A program made the translations under genes and the position numbers. A DNA stretch of 18,054 nucleotides from Opitutia bacterium. Lineage in GTDB: Bacteria; Verrucomicrobiota; Verrucomicrobiia; Opitutales; T3Sed10-336. The first letter of the stretch is position 1, and every line of letters starts with the position of its first letter. The notes below the pieces were generated by a model. It was given only the letters and a program-made list of their open reading frames with translations. It was not told the origin of the DNA and searched no databases. The DNA lies in the NCBI GenBank assembly GCA_050506795.1, contig JBJHCF010000064.1:1-18054 (forward strand), given 5' to 3'. Positions 16,050 to 18,054 of the stretch are shown piece after piece.

Positions 16050-17267
16050 ATGAAAAACTCCTATTTGTTCTTGATCCTGCTTTTGGCCCTGTTGTGGGGC
16101 GGGGCGTTTGTCCTTCTTGAGATTGCTCTGGAGGGGCTGGCGCCGATGGCGGTGGTGTATTTTCGTGTCCTCCTGGCGTCGGTGACACTACTTGTTGTGG
16201 CTCGTATCCGCGGTGAACGCTTTCCGGTCTGCTGGCGGACCTGGGGGTGTTATGCGGTGCTGGGGTTGTTGGGCAATGTGATCCCGTTTCTGCTCATCGC
16301 CTGGGCGCAGCGGATGGTGGCGCCGGGAGTCACGTCCACGGTTTGTGCAACCACACCCGTATTCACGATGGTGATACTCTGTCTATCGGGCTCCGGAGAG
16401 CGTTTGACTCGGGGAAAGTTGGGCAGCCTGTTGCTGGGGCTGTCGGGCGTGGTACTGCTGATGGCGAAGGCTCCCGAATCGGGAATGGGGCTGGCCGGCG
16501 CGGGCGCGGCGCTGCTGGCGGCGGTAAGCTATGCGGCCGCGGCGGTGTACGGAAAACGGTTTGACCGGGAATCCCCGTTGATCAATGCCGCGGCCATGCT
16601 GGGTTGCTCCACCTTGATTCTGTCTCCGAGCGTGTTGTTGTCGGCCGGCGCCGGATTTGAGATGCCGGCGTTACGTTGCGTTTTTGCCGTGATCTGTCTG
16701 GCGGAGGTGAGTACGGCCGGAGGTTTTTTGCTTTATTTCCACATTCTGCGCGCGCACGGGCCGCTGCGGTCGTCCTGGATTTCCTTTTTGGTTCCGATAG
16801 GGACGGTGTCTCTGGCGACCCTGTTGCTCCGGCAGTTTCCCGAGCCCAGGACGTTGCTGGCGGTGGTTGCGGTGCTGGGCGGAGTGCTGATCTTGAACCG
16901 GGAAAAATCCAAGTCAGAAATTGAGCCGGACGCCGGCCAGAAATCCGGGGTCGCCGTCCTCGACATCAACCTCACCGACGAGTCCGACGTTGCGGGCGAC
17001 GTGGTACTGGAAGTTGACGGTGGCTCCGACGTAATCGTTGTCGATCCCTCCGCCGATCGTCACATAGCGCACTTCGAGACCAAACTCCAGTTCCTGGTTG
17101 ATGCGATGCCGGAGACCGCCGCGGAACCCGAAACCGACCTCGTCCGGGCCGGGGCTGAATCCCATGAATTCGACGCTGGGCCCGGCGTAGATATCGGTGC
17201 GGCGGGCGACCTCCAGAGTATAGGCCGCGCCAAGGTGGGCCTGGGTGTAGTCAATGTCGTCGGTTAG
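16050..17267 (+). CDS. DMT/EamA family transporter with an apparent C-terminal read-through extension
   Basis: Start MKNSYLF; EamA motifs LLWGGAF, PMAVVYFR, GLLGNVIPFLLIAWAQ, ATTPVFT and SFLVPI. The transporter part ends near 16910, but the frame stays open antisense to the next gene. Confidence 0.85.
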   Translation: MKNSYLFLILLLALLWGGAFVLLEIALEGLAPMAVVYFRVLLASVTLLVVARIRGERFPVCWRTWGCYAVLGLLGNVIPFLLIAWAQRMVAPGVTSTVCATTPVFTMVILCLSGSGERLTRGKLGSLLLGLSGVVLLMAKAPESGMGLAGAGAALLAAVSYAAAAVYGKRFDRESPLINAAAMLGCSTLILSPSVLLSAGAGFEMPALRCVFAVICLAEVSTAGGFLLYFHILRAHGPLRSSWISFLVPIGTVSLATLLLRQFPEPRTLLAVVAVLGGVLILNREKSKSEIEPDAGQKSGVAVLDINLTDESDVAGDVVLEVDGGSDVIVVDPSADRHIAHFETKLQFLVDAMPETAAEPETDLVRAGAESHEFDAGPGVDIGAAGDLQSIGRAKVGLGVVNVVG

Positions 17268-17495
17268 GAAGCGGTATTGGGCGAAAATAAAAGCTTCGGG
17301 AATGGGTTGAAAGGCGCCGCGGACACGCCAGCCGGCGAAATCCTGACTCCGGGGGCCGCCGCCGTAGCTGGGATAAAAGGCGCCGGAAGCTTCGAGGAAA
17401 TTGTGGTCGAGCGACTGGGCGGTGGCCTTCGAGGAGAAGGGCCAAGTGGATACGACCAGGGCGCAGGCGAGGAGAAAGGCAGTGGGTGTTTTCAT
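16914..17495 (-). CDS. Small outer membrane beta-barrel protein (Ax21-like)
   Basis: 193 aa; signal peptide (ATA-QS); LDHNFLEA N-terminus; alternating amphipathic beta strands; ends AGVRLNF with terminal Phe. Confidence 0.85.
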   Translation of the reverse strand: MKTPTAFLLACALVVSTWPFSSKATAQSLDHNFLEASGAFYPSYGGGPRSQDFAGWRVRGAFQPIPEAFIFAQYRFLTDDIDYTQAHLGAAYTLEVARRTDIYAGPSVEFMGFSPGPDEVGFGFRGGLRHRINQELEFGLEVRYVTIGGGIDNDYVGATVNFQYHVARNVGLVGEVDVEDGDPGFLAGVRLNF

Positions 17496-17554
17496 GGCGA
17501 GTTTTCTTGGGCTCGTGTTTGAATTAAAGACGGGATCCGCGAGGCGTTGGATTG

Positions 17555-17583
17555 AGTATGCGCCTATTGTGGCCAGAGGTCAA
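17555..17583 (-). promoter_or_regulatory. Putative sigma70 promoter of the beta-barrel gene
   Basis: TTGACC (17583-17578)-N17-CATACT (17560-17555), ~60 nt upstream of the ATG. Confidence 0.5.
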
Positions 17584-17667
17584 GCACCACGCGCGTTGCC
17601 CGGAAGCCCAATCGACCGGGTCGGTCGAAGGAGGACTCAACGAGGGTCAACACAATACCGGCTCGAC

Positions 17668-18054
17668 TCAGACTCCGGCCGGTTCGCCGAGCCTGCCGGA
17701 TACGGTGCCCCGGTTCTCGAGGGGTTTCCGGTCTGAAGGCTTGCCGGAGCTCGGGGGGCGCCCCGAAGCGCCGGTCCAATAGTAGCGCCGGAGAATGGCG
17801 GTTCCCACGAAGAGAAGTTCAAACACCACGAAACCAATGACCCATTCGGTGCCACCGCTGCCGAAGCCGTAACTGTGCAGGCCGGCGCCGAGGATGTAGT
17901 TGACCCCGTACCAGCACATGAGAATGCCCTTGAAGCCGAGCACCGCGCCCACGGCGAAACCGAATCCGCCCCACCAGCCGACGAGCCGTCCGTGAAGGAC
18001 GAAGAGATAGCCGAGTAGCGCGATGAGGGACCAGGTCTCCTTGGGATCCCAATC
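17668..18054 (-). CDS. ccsA: Cytochrome c biogenesis protein CcsA/CcsBA (system II), 3' part only
   Basis: Frame is open from the window end: DWDPKETWSLIALLGYLFVLHGR...WYGVNYILGAGLHSYG, i.e. the WWD domain and the conserved GLHSY His. Confidence 0.93.
   Translation of the reverse strand, partial: DWDPKETWSLIALLGYLFVLHGRLVGWWGGFGFAVGAVLGFKGILMCWYGVNYILGAGLHSYGFGSGGTEWVIGFVVFELLFVGTAILRRYYWTGASGRPPSSGKPSDRKPLENRGTVSGRLGEPAGV

Overview
GC-rich bacterial window; gene content suggests Verrucomicrobiota/PVC, possibly Opitutales (inference only). Left to right: a 100-bp tandem array of GTAG-type REP doublets (BIME/REPIN-like) and a long composite palindrome; on the minus strand aroB, a hypothetical protein ending in a beta-clamp-like motif (QLELF), an ECF sigma factor and a putative anti-sigma; a FecA-like TonB-dependent receptor preceded by two Fur-like boxes; a secreted beta-helix plus ricin-B protein; an ABC-2 exporter divergent from a membrane-anchored hypothetical protein; a palindromic MITE-like element; a vapBC pair; a GAF-PAS sigma54 activator followed by a single-Cys OsmC-fold gene and an EamA transporter; an outer-membrane beta-barrel gene; and the 3' end of ccsA. 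Most notable: (1) a sigma54 mini-regulon readable from the DNA, with two -24/-12 promoters that share near-identically spaced GACG-N6-CGTC upstream sites; (2) nested small palindromic elements, one copy carrying a mirror-image 24-bp insertion in both arms and another lying inside a CTAG-flanked MITE-like element.
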